NCBI GenBank assembly: GCA_963728565.1
Contig: CAVSLC010000022.1
Coordinates: forward strand, 1 to 64,000
Origin: an uncultured delta proteobacterium
Lineage (GTDB): Bacteria; Desulfobacterota; Binatia; UBA9968
DNA length: 64,000 bases
Direction: 5' to 3'
Shown: piece by piece, positions 31,750 through 42,625 of the stretch
Layout: each line of letters starts with the position of its first letter
How positions within the stretch are numbered: position 1 is the first letter of the stretch
Program-made: the position numbers and the translations under genes
The notes under the pieces: generated by a model
The model's input: the letters and a program-made list of their open reading frames with translations, nothing else
Database searches by the model: none
Told to the model about the DNA's origin: nothing

Positions 31750-33145
31750 TCACATTCCGGCTGAGGCTCCGCTCCGTTGCCCTCGCGAGTCCGGCAACTC
31801 GCCCCCTTCGAGGGATGAAAGCGTCGGCGGGCGTGCGATGCGCATTCGTCTTGCCAAAAAACGGACTCCGCCCCCCGCAATCAGAAGTCCCGCCAACCAA
31901 CGAGCGAGGATGGTGATGCCGGCTTCGTCGAACTCTGGCCACTCGACTTGCCACAGCACATCACCTCTCTCGATCATCCAGTGCCAGGCAGTGTGAGCCA
32001 CGATTGCCGAAAGGATAATCATGCCGGCGGGTCCGACGAGCACGCGCCGCAGAAGAAGTGCAAGCACGGGTAGCGTGATGATTAGGACGAAAATTTGGCC
32101 AATCTCGATCCCGACATTGAACGAGAAAAGCGAGACCACAAGATGTTTCCCGGCAAATTGTAAGTTCTCTTTCAAACCGTAGGAGAACCCGAATCCATGA
32201 ACGAGGCCGAAGACTGCGGCAATCAGCCATCGCGCGCGAAGGTTGCGACTCAGAATATTCTCAATCGCCATATATAGAATCGATGCCGCGATGAGCGTCT
32301 CGACCAACGGTGGGAACCACGCGCCCGCGGGAGCCAAGTCATAGGCTGAGCCGACCAGCGTGATCGAGTGACCGATTGTGAACGCAGTGACGATGCGCAG
32401 GATCTCGCCAACGCCTCGCACGGGGATGAGCAAACATAGCAGGAAAAGCAGGTGATCAATGCCGCTTAGAATGTGCACAATCCCGAGCGTCGCAAATCCG
32501 GCGGCAGCCTGATACCACGTCGGGTTGAGCGCAACTCGACCCGAACGGCTCGTAATCATCATCGCGCGGCCCTCATTAGTGAGCGGCAGATACCGAATCG
32601 CAAACTTGAGATAGTTCTTGAGCTCAGGCGCGACCGCCGTTTGAATCATGAAATGGGAGTTCGGCGAGCTGATGGAATACGCGAAGTGGACATCGAGGTA
32701 ACCCTGGTCGACGAAGATGCTCGTGCCGGATGTTATCGGCCGAGCAACGTGAGCGACGGCATCCGGGTAGCTCTCGAATGAGCGGTCCGATGGCAACGTC
32801 AGGCGACCCAAGGCACGGGATATCACCAGCGGCCGGCCAGCTTCCCAGATCGTGATCTCGCGGCCGAGCTGCGTCAGCGCCTGCTGGATTGCGGCGTCGG
32901 CAGCGGTGAGATCGATTTCGCGACCACTCACAGGGAACTTGACCGACTTGAGGATCTCGAGCGGCAGCCGTGAAGATTAGATGCGCCTCGTGCGAGTCAA
33001 TCTTGACGAACGCATTGATCAGGCTCTCCATCGTGAACTCGTGCGCGCTCGCCAGCCGCGAAATCCCAACCGGCCATAGCGCCGTAGCAACATAAAGGCC
33101 CAGCGCAAGTGCGTTAAACAGAATCCCACGGCGAAATGTCATCAC
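31750..33145 (-). CDS. HupE/UreJ family membrane protein with N-terminal soluble domain (frameshift near 32970)
   Basis: Leader ending ASA-HE in ORF 32624-33175; HILSGIDHLLFL, FTIGHSITL, GLVHGFGF, FNVGIEIGQ in ORF 31750-32931. Confidence 0.88.
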
Positions 33146-33206
33146 GATGTACCTCCAGGTGGAGGCCTGCCGCAAGCGCCTTCGCTTTCGGCAGGCGATG
33201 CGACGA

Positions 33207-33735
33207 TTACTTCACCGGATCGTAGTGAGGCAACAGCTGGTCCGGATTGCCGGCTGGAGTGAAGACATGAAGGTCGTTTCCTTTGCCGCGCCGTGGCACG
33301 AACTTTTGGATCCTGCGGCCGCCGACCGTCTCGGCGATGTACAGATTGCCTTTCGAATCCGCCGCGACGGTATGCAGAAATGTGAACTCTCCCGCATTGT
33401 GACCGGGACGCCCGAAGCCGGCGAGGATTCCCTGACCGGGCGTCGCAAAGAGAGCGGTGCCTGCGAGAGCAGCCAAGCGGTTGAAGGTCCACACGACCTC
33501 GTTGCCGCCATCGGCGTTAAACATCAACTCCTGCCTTCTGTCGGGAGAAAATTCGACATCCCAAGCCGACCCGGCTGTTCCTATACCAGGGGTGCCGGTT
33601 CCAGGGATCACGGGAATGATCTTTACCAGCTTACCTGACTTGTCGAACACCTGGATGCGATCCTGGCCACGGTCGCAGGTATATACGAGTCCGTCGTTGC
33701 CAAGAACGATGCAATGCGGATGGCCACCGCCGCCA
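33207..33735 (-). pseudogene. 5'-truncated NHL-repeat (PAL-like beta-propeller) gene fragment
   Basis: GGHPHCIVLGNDGLVYTCDRGQDRIQVFD, GEFTFLHTVAADSKGNLYIAE...RIQKF; no room for an N-terminal half before the next gene ends at 33850. Confidence 0.7.
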
Positions 33736-33849
33736 ACCCTTCAGGCAAACCTGGGCCGATTTCGGAAATCGAAATAGCGGCATCTATACCCATGCCACCG
33801 AGCCTCAGCGAGAGGTTCATTGGATGGACCGAGGATGCATCCAGAATCA

Positions 33850-35055
33850 TCAAGCCCCCCACAGCTTCTTGCTCGCCAGCGCGGCGCCTTCGGATAGCGC
33901 GCGCAGCTTCGCCCAGGCGATCTGGGGATGCACCCGGCCCCCGAGGCCGCAGTCGGTCCCGGCTATAACATTCTCGCGGCCAACGATGTCGGAGAAGGCG
34001 AGAATACGATCCGCCACCAACTCGGGATGCTCAACGACCGGGGTTGCGTGGCTCACCACGCCGGGAATGAGGATCTTCCCCGGCGGCAACTTGATGTCGC
34101 GCCATAGTTTGTACTCGTGCTCGTGGCGCACGTTGCCGGCTTCGGTCAAGTACGCCTGTGCCTTGACCTTGAGCAGCACATCGGCGATGTCGCGTAAGGG
34201 GATGTCCGTCGTATGCGGGCCATGCCAGCTACCCCAGCAAATATGATAGCGAACTCGATCCTCGGGAATGCCTTCCAATGCACGGTTGAGGGCTTCCACG
34301 CGCAGCATCGCATAGCGCCTGTACTCATTGACGCTCGGCCGCGGGTCCAACATATCCCAGGCGCCGGGCAAACCGGGGTCGTCAAGTTGCAAGATAAACC
34401 CGGCCTCTATGATCGCGCGATACTCTTCGCGCATAGCGGCGGCGATCGCTTCAATGAATGCTTCAGCTGTGGAGTAGTAGCTGTTCTGACCACGGCAGAA
34501 CATCTCCAGGCTGCCGGGAGCGATCGACGCGACGAATGCCTCTTCGGCGCCTGCTTCGTCCAACGCCGCTCGTAAGTTCGTAAGATCCCGGCGCAGCGCT
34601 TCGTGTCCGGTATAGGCGATCGGCGCCGCGCACATCGGCCGGCTCGCAGCAGTGCTGGGCGCTCCCAGTCCGGTGTCGGCATAGAACTCGGCGAACTCCC
34701 GTTGCTCCCAGCGCACCCCGACGATGCGCATCGGCGCTCCCGGAGCCGATGTATCCGGCGCAACCGCTTCGGGCGGCGTCGCTACGAACCCAGAGACGCG
34801 GTTAAAGATGTAATTGCCCCAGGCGCCGCGATCCGATGCCGCACGCATCGGCTTGCCGAACTCGCCATCGTTGGGAATATCGATGCCCGCGCTCTTCTGA
34901 GCGAGCACAACCTCCGCGACCGCGGATCGCAAGCGCGCCTGCAGCGCGTCTTCCGCCGTAGCGCTGGTTTGCCTCGACCACATTTCGCGCAGATCGGCGG
35001 GTCGCGGTAGACTGCCAACGTGCGTGGTCAGAATTCGATCAGTGCTTCGTCGCAT
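33850..35055 (-). CDS. Cobalamin-independent methionine synthase II family protein (single C-terminal barrel)
   Basis: ILTTHVGSLPRP, DGEFGK, LQLDDP, Zn ligands YHICWG and TDCG; GGAGG RBS before ATG 35055. Confidence 0.92.
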   Translation of the reverse strand: MRRSTDRILTTHVGSLPRPADLREMWSRQTSATAEDALQARLRSAVAEVVLAQKSAGIDIPNDGEFGKPMRAASDRGAWGNYIFNRVSGFVATPPEAVAPDTSAPGAPMRIVGVRWEQREFAEFYADTGLGAPSTAASRPMCAAPIAYTGHEALRRDLTNLRAALDEAGAEEAFVASIAPGSLEMFCRGQNSYYSTAEAFIEAIAAAMREEYRAIIEAGFILQLDDPGLPGAWDMLDPRPSVNEYRRYAMLRVEALNRALEGIPEDRVRYHICWGSWHGPHTTDIPLRDIADVLLKVKAQAYLTEAGNVRHEHEYKLWRDIKLPPGKILIPGVVSHATPVVEHPELVADRILAFSDIVGRENVIAGTDCGLGGRVHPQIAWAKLRALSEGAALASKKLWGA

Positions 35056-35210
35056 TTCTCGATACCTCCAAGCTGGATCGTAGCATTTAGGCTTTCGTCT
35101 TGAGTTATCGCTAAATACAACCTTACCGCAAGCACCGATTAATCTATCTCTGTCAATTCCGTTGCTTTGGGCGATGACACCGGACATAAAATCCCTGCGG
35201 TGGTAGGACA

Positions 35211-35400
35211 GTGTGGGTCGCCTTCATCGTCGCTTGTGCATTTCTTGCGGCCCATTATGTTCTCGGCAACAGCTGGGAGAGATTGATTGCCGATTACAAT
35301 GTGTTTCGCGGCTGCATCTGGATGTTGGTGCTTTTGATGAACTTATTTACAACGATCTGGGCGTTTTCGCAGAAGCAGAAGAAGAGGAGAGCCGGAATCG
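35211..35400 (+). pseudogene. Probable C-terminal remnant of a small membrane protein
   Basis: HYVLGNSWERLIADYNVFRGCIWMLVL resembles the C-terminal half of a conserved hypothetical membrane family (from memory); N-terminal part absent. Confidence 0.4.
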
Positions 35401-35498
35401 AGAATTCGACCGTATGCGCCGACCGAATGCGGAGTGCGGTACGGCGGCGACCGCACTCCGAGTCAACTGATGTGCAACGTTCCCGTCGCTATAGCCGA

Positions 35499-36581
35499 TT
35501 ATTGGATCGCAGTTGGAACGGGAATGTTGTAGAGCCGCGCGACGTTTTCGCGCACCAGTTTGGCGCGCACTTCGGAGGGGAGATCGCCTAAATCCCTGGC
35601 TACGACCTTGCGTGAATGGGGCCAGGTAGTGTTGCCGTGCGGAAAATCATTGGACCACATGCAGTTGTCTTGACCCCACCACGAGAGAATATGACCGCCG
35701 ACGGCGTCATTGAAGAAAGTCGTGTAGATTTGGTTGTGGAAGTATTCGCTGGGAAGTTTTTTGATGAGCAACCCCTCTCGCTTGGTGCCAAAGCGTTTGA
35801 AGTAGTAGTCCCATTGCTCCAGGACAAACGGAATCCAGCCCAGCTCGTTTTCGACGAGCACGACCTTCAGCTTCGGGAACCGTTCGAGCACACCGGAATA
35901 GATCAGGTCATAGAGGCTATCGACCGACTGGGCCAGTTTCGAGTTGACGCTATTGTGCTCGGCGGTCATTCCGGTTGCGGTATCGCCGAGGCCGAAGGAA
36001 CGGCTGCGACTGTAACCGTGCCCACTGAGGATATGCAGGTTGACCGGCATCTCGAGATCCTGAGAGGCGGCCCAGAACTTGTCGTAATGCGATGACGAGA
36101 ACGGCAGCTCTGGCGGCGGCACCTGCCAGATTACGGAGCCGCGCATGCCGGCTTTGCGGCAGCGCTCCAGTTCCTTAACGGCGCCGTCGGTGTCGTACAT
36201 CGACAGCATGGCGATCCCGATCATTCGCTCGGGCGCCGCACTGCAGTAATCGATCAGCCAGTCGTTATAGACTCGGCAGCAGGCCGCCTCCAACTCGTGA
36301 TCGTCGAGGCTCAAGCATTTCAAGCCATGGGTCGGATAGAGCACTTCGGCGCTGACACCGTCGGCGGCCATCTCGGAGACGCGCTTATTACCGTCCTGGG
36401 CCCCGCCGGGGACGTCGTTGGGCCTTTGCCCTCCCCAATCAGGAGCCCGATCCTGAAGGGCTTTTGGCAGGTGTTTCTGCCAAAGCCCGGCGGGCTCGAT
36501 GACGTGGGAATCCGATGAAATCAATAATTCATTGATAGCGGCGTTAGTCTCTTTTCCGTAGGTTCGTTCAATAATAGCCAT
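35499..36581 (-). CDS. Amidohydrolase_2 family protein
   Basis: SSDSHVIEP, LYPT, PVNLHI, VENELGW, MWSNDFPH. Confidence 0.92.
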   Translation of the reverse strand: MAIIERTYGKETNAAINELLISSDSHVIEPAGLWQKHLPKALQDRAPDWGGQRPNDVPGGAQDGNKRVSEMAADGVSAEVLYPTHGLKCLSLDDHELEAACCRVYNDWLIDYCSAAPERMIGIAMLSMYDTDGAVKELERCRKAGMRGSVIWQVPPPELPFSSSHYDKFWAASQDLEMPVNLHILSGHGYSRSRSFGLGDTATGMTAEHNSVNSKLAQSVDSLYDLIYSGVLERFPKLKVVLVENELGWIPFVLEQWDYYFKRFGTKREGLLIKKLPSEYFHNQIYTTFFNDAVGGHILSWWGQDNCMWSNDFPHGNTTWPHSRKVVARDLGDLPSEVRAKLVRENVARLYNIPVPTAIQ

Positions 36582-36914
36582 GTTCTTTGGCTCCTTTTGT
36601 ATTTTAGGTTGCGACCTAGCTCTCGTTGGATTCTTCAGGTTCGCTGAACGGCATCACTATGGACATAGCCCAATCGAGGGTCATGGCGCAAGCGAAGGGC
36701 AATGAACCGCGTGAGATCGGAGGGAGCTCTGGCGTCGCGTATTTAACACTCCAATTTCATGACGCAATCATGAAACTATCGCTGGTGCTCGGGGAGAAAG
36801 CTCTTTCAGGATCGAAGACTTGCCAGAGACATTCACTAGTTCGAATCATCGAGCTCTTGCTGTTTTACGAAACGAAGTACAATCGCAAAGTGTCCAATAC
36901 CGCCTGTTGGCTGA

Positions 36915-37673
36915 TCACCCGGCCCGCATCTTGAGCAGAGTCGGAATATCCATCGTTTCCTCATACAGCCGCAATTTTTTTTCCTTGCGCTGCGCGGCGA
37001 GCATGGCCATGCGGTCGGCGAGTTCATTGCCTTCGGTGCCTACATGCCCGGCGACATGAGTGAGCGTGAGCTTGTCTTTTATCCGGCGGTAGATTGCATA
37101 ACAGTCCTGGATGATTTTCAGGTTCTTGATCTCACCGCCAGGTTTCTTCCAGCCCCTCTTTTCCCAACCGGAGGCCCAGAGGCGAATACAGTTGATGGAG
37201 TACGCTGAGTCGCTGCACACCTCGACGCTGTTGCCGGCCTCGAGCTCTGCTTCGGCCATACGCAATGCATGATAGAGCGCGTTTAGTTCCGCGGTGTTGT
37301 TGGTTCCTATGGGGTTATACAGGCCGTACCACAATTCGGCGAGTTTGCCCGCTCGGTACACTACGATACCGGAGCCGGCGTTGCCTGGATTGGGATCACA
37401 GGCACCGTCACAATAAATGGTGACATCGAACCGATGAGCGATGTGCTCGGCACGTCGTTCGCTCGCCGATGCATTCGATATTTGCTTGCTAGATGGCTTG
37501 GACGGAGTGATTGCGGAGCCGCCACTGCGGAACGCTTGCTCCGCTTCCGCCCGGGTTGCGAAAGATTTGTAGCGCGCGCCGGCATACCCCATCACCGCGC
37601 GCCGGGTCGTCGCCCAATCGGTGAATACACCCGTCTGCCGTCCTGACCACACTACGTAATACTTTTCCGCCAT
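36915..37673 (-). CDS. rnhA: Ribonuclease HI with N-terminal hybrid-binding (viroplasmin-like) domain
   Basis: KYYVVWSGRQTGVFTDW...YKSF domain; catalytic YCDGAC, TNNTAEL, SDSAY, HVAGH, GNELAD. Confidence 0.9.
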   Translation of the reverse strand: MAEKYYVVWSGRQTGVFTDWATTRRAVMGYAGARYKSFATRAEAEQAFRSGGSAITPSKPSSKQISNASASERRAEHIAHRFDVTIYCDGACDPNPGNAGSGIVVYRAGKLAELWYGLYNPIGTNNTAELNALYHALRMAEAELEAGNSVEVCSDSAYSINCIRLWASGWEKRGWKKPGGEIKNLKIIQDCYAIYRRIKDKLTLTHVAGHVGTEGNELADRMAMLAAQRKEKKLRLYEETMDIPTLLKMRAG

Positions 37674-37788
37674 GCTGAGTCGATTTGGCTCCTGCGTCAA
37701 AAAATCTTCTTACCTGTCTGATGTGAAGAAACTGTTATCATAGATCCAGAGCGCGGCAGAGCTGAAAGCAGTCGGAGTCGGAAATTCC

Positions 37789-37970
37789 TCCCGCCAAGGC
37801 GCAAAGTCGCTAAGTTTATTAGGAAAGATGAAAACTTTACGAATGATTCGCACTCTCAATCTCCGAACTTCTCGAGCCTTTGCTCTTTGCCCGAGAGACT
37901 CCGAGATTTCGTTGAGGTTTTCTCGAAAGTTTGTGCTGCGCGCCTTCAGCGCCCGTGCGGCGCAATCTCC
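37789..37970. repeat. Degenerate REP-like intergenic palindromic sequence
   Basis: ccgccaaggcgcaaagtcgctaag arm with loosely complementary gcctttgctctttgccc arm downstream. Confidence 0.35.
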
Positions 37971-38000
37971 GGTTCCCTGATTCTAACTGGCGAAATCGGT

Positions 38001-38038
38001 GAAAACTTTGCGTCCCCCGGACGCGTTACTCAGGTGCC
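38001..38038 (-). promoter_or_regulatory. Candidate bacterial SECIS hairpin
   Basis: After the UGA: GGCACCU-GAGUAAC-GCGUCC-GGG-GGACGC-AAA-GUUUUC; perfect GC-rich upper stem with a G-rich loop 20 nt from the UGA. Confidence 0.6.
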
Positions 38039-39526
38039 TCAGAACGTTCGGTAATGACTTTGCCCTTCCGGTGGAGGTTCGGCATAGGCGGCAAACTCCG
38101 GCTGATCGTCGAAAGGCCGCGCTAGGATCTTCAGCAGCGTTTCGAACGGCGCGTAATCGCCTTCCTCCACCGCAGCACTCAAGGCTTCCTCAACTCGATG
38201 ATTGCGGGGAATGAACGCGGGATTGGCGCGCCGCATCGCCGGCGCACGGTCGGACTCTGCCACTGCTTCGCGCGAGAGCCGCGCCCGCCAATGTCCACTC
38301 CATCGGTCGTAGGCCGACGGATCGGCAAAGAGGCTTCGGATTCGTTCATGTTCACCTAGAGCCGCATCGGCGAGGTAACGAAAAGCCAACGTGTAATCAA
38401 CGCCGTTGCCCTCCATCGCCGCGAGAAACTCAGTCGCAAGGTTAAGATCGGCCTCTTCCTCAGTGAATAGTCCGAGCTTGGCGCGCATGCCTTTTACCCA
38501 GTAGCTTTCGTAACGTCCTGAAAAGGCGTTAACCACCTCCGTGGCGCGCGCGATGGCGCGGTTTGCATCCTCATCGATCAGGGGCAGAAGCGTTTCGGCC
38601 AGCCGCGCCAGGTTCCACTGCGCGATCCTTGGCTGATTGGCGTATGCGTAGCGGCCCTGAGTGTCGATGGAGCTGAAGACCGTGGCTGGATCGTAATGAT
38701 CCATAAAAGCGCAGGGGCCATAGTCGATCGTCTCACCGGATATCGTCATATTGTCGGTGTTCATCACACCATGGATGAAGCCCACGTGCATCCAGCCGGC
38801 AACGAGCGCCGCTTGTTTGTCGCACACCCGCTCGAGCAAGCCCAGGTAGGGGTTGGCCTGGCCCTTCAGCTCCGGATAATGGCGATCGATCACATAATCC
38901 GCCAGTTGCCGCACCTTGGCCTGCTCACCGCGGACGGCGAAAAATTGGAAGGTGCCGACACGGACGTGGCTGGCAGCAACGCGCGTCAAGACTGCGCCGG
39001 GCAGGGCTCGCTCGCGATAAACAGGCTCGCCTGTGACCACTGCAGCAAGTGCTCGCGTCGTCGGGATGCCAAGCGCATGCATGGCTTCGCCGATCAGATA
39101 TTCGCGCAATACGGGTCCGAGTGCTGCCCGACCGTCGCCTGCTCGCGAAAACGGAGTGGGACCTGAGCCTTTGAGCTGAATGTCACGGCGCCGCCCATAA
39201 CGATCGACCACCTCGCCTATCAGCAGCGCTCGCCCATCGCCGAGTTGAGGCACAAACCCGCCGAACTGATGCCCGGCATAGGCTTGCGCCAAGGGCACGG
39301 CTCCCTCGGGTGTTTCGTTGCCAGCAAAGATCCTGGCGCCCGCGTCCGAATCGAGAGCATCGGCATCCAGTCCCAATTCTTCAGCCAGCTGATGGTTTAA
39401 CTTTATGATCCGAGGCCGCGCCACTTGCGCCGCTTTCCATGGGACATAAAAACCCTCGAGTTCGCGGGCATAGGTGTTGTCGAAGGCGAATAGTTCGGCG
39501 CCGGAATCGTTAGTAATCTGGTTCAT
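38030..39526 (-). CDS. selO: Protein adenylyltransferase SelO/YdiU; probable selenoprotein ending YRTF-U-GT
   Basis: [38 protein letters not shown] motifs; in-frame TGA at 38041-38039 followed by GGC ACC TGA. Confidence 0.93.
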
Positions 39527-39728
39527 TGTCGGACTTCCTTGTTGCGGACGTTTAGCGGTCGTATCTATTATTGTTCTCGATATCGGTAGTAATATCCAGA
39601 CCCGTCAGAAACGGGTGCTTCGTGCAAGAAGTTTCTCGTCGGGCCTCTAGTGTACTTAGGAGAAGCTGTCCAGTCACGAGCGGTTAGAGGCAGCTTTTCA
39701 CCGTGAATATCGGACCAGGAGGATCATT

Positions 39729-40622
39729 ATGCGAGCCGCTTTAATCGTCATTCTTATCCTGGCTTCGATTGCGTTTGGATCTCAAGCCGCACAATCCCAA
39801 ACCGGGCTCCGCTTCCCCAACTCAGCACGTGACGCCTGAAGTGGCTCGGTACTGCCGGTTGGGAAATTCAGATTGCTCAGACCAAAATCCTGATCGATCC
39901 CTTCCTCACGCGCCAGCAGGCGGTCGCCTCGGAAGAATGGACGACCGACGAAGAAGCGGTCCTTAAAGTTATCAGCCGGCGCCGACTACATCTTCGCCGG
40001 CCACAGTCACGCTGATCATATCGGTGACATCCCATTCATCGCCAAGCGCTTCGGGGCCAAGATCCTCGGCTCCAGAACCACCGTGAATCTCTCGTTGAGC
40101 GCCGGTGTCGATAAAGCCCAATTGACGACCATTAGCGGCGGCGAGAAATTGGATTTCAAAGACTTCTCGGTGCAAGTGATTAAAAGCCAGCACGGCATAC
40201 TCACCCGCGATGGTCAAAAACGGCAACCCAGGTCCGCGGAAATCACCCGCCCGCTGTCGGGTCCGATTCTCGGAAAACATTTCGTCGAGGGTGGAAGTTA
40301 TCTTTACTACTTCACCTTCGGTAAACTCAGCCTGCTGCACCAAAGCACCGGCAACTTCATCGAAGAGAATCTCCAAGGCTTAGAGCCCGACATCGCCATT
40401 CTCGCCGAGAACAGCAACTATGATTGGACCGAGGCTCTCAAGATTCTCCGTCCGAAAACGGTCGTCGTCCATCACTACGACGACTGGCGGGTTCCATTGT
40501 CGAGCGGCATGACCGCAGCTGTTAGAAGAAGAGCGCAACGCTTGGAGAAGGACGTCAAGTCCGTGGATCGCAACATCAAGGTGATCATCCCGGAGTTTCT
40601 GCAGACGATCACGTTGGAATAA
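39729..40622 (+). CDS. Secreted MBL-fold metallo-hydrolase (frameshifts near 39830-39870)
   Basis: AGGAGG RBS, signal peptide from ATG 39729, ILIDPFLTR, GHSHADHIGD metal motif, HHYDD. Confidence 0.85.
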
Positions 40623-40634
40623 TACCGCGCGCTG

Positions 40635-41450
40635 CTAGATGATCGTTTTGCGCGGCATGGACGCTCCGGGGAACAGCCCGTGCTTGGCAAGAAACTCAAT
40701 CATAAAGCGATCGAACAGCCAAGGTTGCTCTATCTGGCAAGCGTGGCCGGCGCCCGGCAATGTTCTCAACTCACAGTTCGGTATGCGCGCTTGAAGTGCG
40801 AAAGCGCGTTGATGGCTGTTGTCTTCGCTGCCGGTCAGAATGATCGTCGGGCAGGCGATACGCTCATGATGCTCCTCGGGGTAGGGCTGCGCCAGTGCTT
40901 GGAATTGGTGGATGATCGTCTGCACGTCGGCGTGTTGATTGCGTTCGGTGAAAAGGTTCGCAAAGAAATGCGCCAGCGGAGTAGTGCGAAAGGCCGCGCT
41001 TAGATCTTCGAACGTGTAGGCCCAGCGATAATCAATCCCATTGGCCGTGTAGTTGGCGATCCTTCCCTTGGTGAATTCCTTGCTCGGATTGTAACCGGTG
41101 CCCGACAACACGAGTGCCGCCGTTTTGTCGGGACGAAGATGGTACATGTGGGGCGCGAGCGACGAGCCGACCGAGCAGCCGACCAGAACCGCTTTTTCAC
41201 CGGGTAGCGCATCGTCGACGGCTTCCCAACAGGCCTCGGCCATGTCGTTCATCGTCAGGCCGGGCTGGGCTTTAGGCGAGCGCCCATAGCCCGGGATGTC
41301 GATGGCAATACACCGGTACCATGTCGAGAGATGCGCCATTTGGAAAATCCAGCAAGATTGGTCCATTGGATTGGGATGAATAAAAGCAATCACCGGCCCC
41401 GAGCGTCCCATCCGCTCGTAATAAAGAGGTCCATCAATGTGTTGCGCCAT
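40635..41450 (-). CDS. Alpha/beta hydrolase
   Basis: DIPGYGRS, nucleophile GCSVG, GSED, GAGH. Confidence 0.9.
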   Translation of the reverse strand: MAQHIDGPLYYERMGRSGPVIAFIHPNPMDQSCWIFQMAHLSTWYRCIAIDIPGYGRSPKAQPGLTMNDMAEACWEAVDDALPGEKAVLVGCSVGSSLAPHMYHLRPDKTAALVLSGTGYNPSKEFTKGRIANYTANGIDYRWAYTFEDLSAAFRTTPLAHFFANLFTERNQHADVQTIIHQFQALAQPYPEEHHERIACPTIILTGSEDNSHQRAFALQARIPNCELRTLPGAGHACQIEQPWLFDRFMIEFLAKHGLFPGASMPRKTII

Positions 41451-41611
41451 GTTACTCCTCCGGGATTAACTGCGGTATTTGTGATCCTTGGGCATCAGTT
41501 GGGGGACTCGCACCGTCCTCGCTGTTCCGGCTCGAGAGACTCTTCCGCTCCGCTTGACCCAATCATCCGAGAGCAGTGCCAAACCTCACGGCGGTTGCGA
41601 GACCTGCCTTC

Positions 41612-42379
41612 CTATCGGACCTTTTTCGGCCGATAAAACTCAATTGCGTTCTTGTAAAAAACATCTGCCGCCTTTTGTTCGCCTAATGTCTCCAGAACCA
41701 GAGTGTAGTCTTCATCCTGATACGGTCTGGGCGCGCGGGTGGACGGTAGGTCGGTGCCGAACATGAGGACCCGTGGATTGGCCGCATAAAGATCGCTGAG
41801 CGCGGAACGCACGTCGAAGTCTACCCGTCCGAAACCGGTGGCCTTTACCCGCACACCTTTTTCAGCAAGCTTTAGCAGCGTCGGAAAACCTGCTTTCGAT
41901 AGACCGAGATGGTCGATGCTGACTGCCGGCAACGAAACCAGAGTCTCAAAAAGATCGGCAAGCTCGGTGGAATCGACATACAACTCGGTGTGCCAGCCGA
42001 CCAGCTCATGAACGCGCCGCGCCATGGTTTCCAGATGATGAATTTCTTCCGAACCGCCGCGCTTGACATTGAAACGAACGGCGCGAACACCCGCGCCATC
42101 GAGTTCCTGTAATTCCTGATCGGACACGGTCTGCGGCACTTGGGTGACTCCGACAAAAGATGGGCCGAGCACTTTTAAAGCATGGAATAGATAGCTCTGA
42201 TCGAAGGCCTGGAACGAGCCCGAGACGATCGCGCCGCCGCAAAGATCGACCGCTTTCGAACGCTCTAGATAATCCTCGCTGGTAAACGCGTCGGGCATGA
42301 ATCCTTGATTGGGCACGACGGGAAAGTTTTTATCGATGATATGGAAATGGCAATCAAAATATTTTGCTTTGGAGTTCAA
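41612..42379 (-). CDS. Amidohydrolase (2-pyrone-4,6-dicarboxylate lactonase-like)
   Basis: FDCHFH, VRFN, IDHLG, KATGFGR, MFGTDLP; TTG start with GAGGAG RBS. Confidence 0.88.
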   Translation of the reverse strand: MNSKAKYFDCHFHIIDKNFPVVPNQGFMPDAFTSEDYLERSKAVDLCGGAIVSGSFQAFDQSYLFHALKVLGPSFVGVTQVPQTVSDQELQELDGAGVRAVRFNVKRGGSEEIHHLETMARRVHELVGWHTELYVDSTELADLFETLVSLPAVSIDHLGLSKAGFPTLLKLAEKGVRVKATGFGRVDFDVRSALSDLYAANPRVLMFGTDLPSTRAPRPYQDEDYTLVLETLGEQKAADVFYKNAIEFYRPKKVR

Positions 42380-42625
42380 TGATTATCTCCTCTCAATTGC
42401 TGCCAACGTTTCCCGATAAGGGAACGCTGACAGCAGATCACGCCGGGATAATTTCCCTACCGCCATCGGTATATTCGATCAGCGTGATAGTGGCAAGTTT
42501 GGAGCGGGCATAACTACCAGCAAAATCATTACGCTCTACATTATTAAGGCCAATTTTTGGGACGAGGAGAGATTTCAGATTGAGGGGCGCTGCTAGGTCT
42601 TTCCGTCTACGCGTCCCGAACCCGT

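Noticed and set aside
38001-38029. Hairpin after selO as merely a Rho-independent terminator
   Set aside because: The stem is followed by AAAG before only four U residues, a poor terminator tail, while its spacing from the in-frame UGA fits a SECIS; not fully excluded
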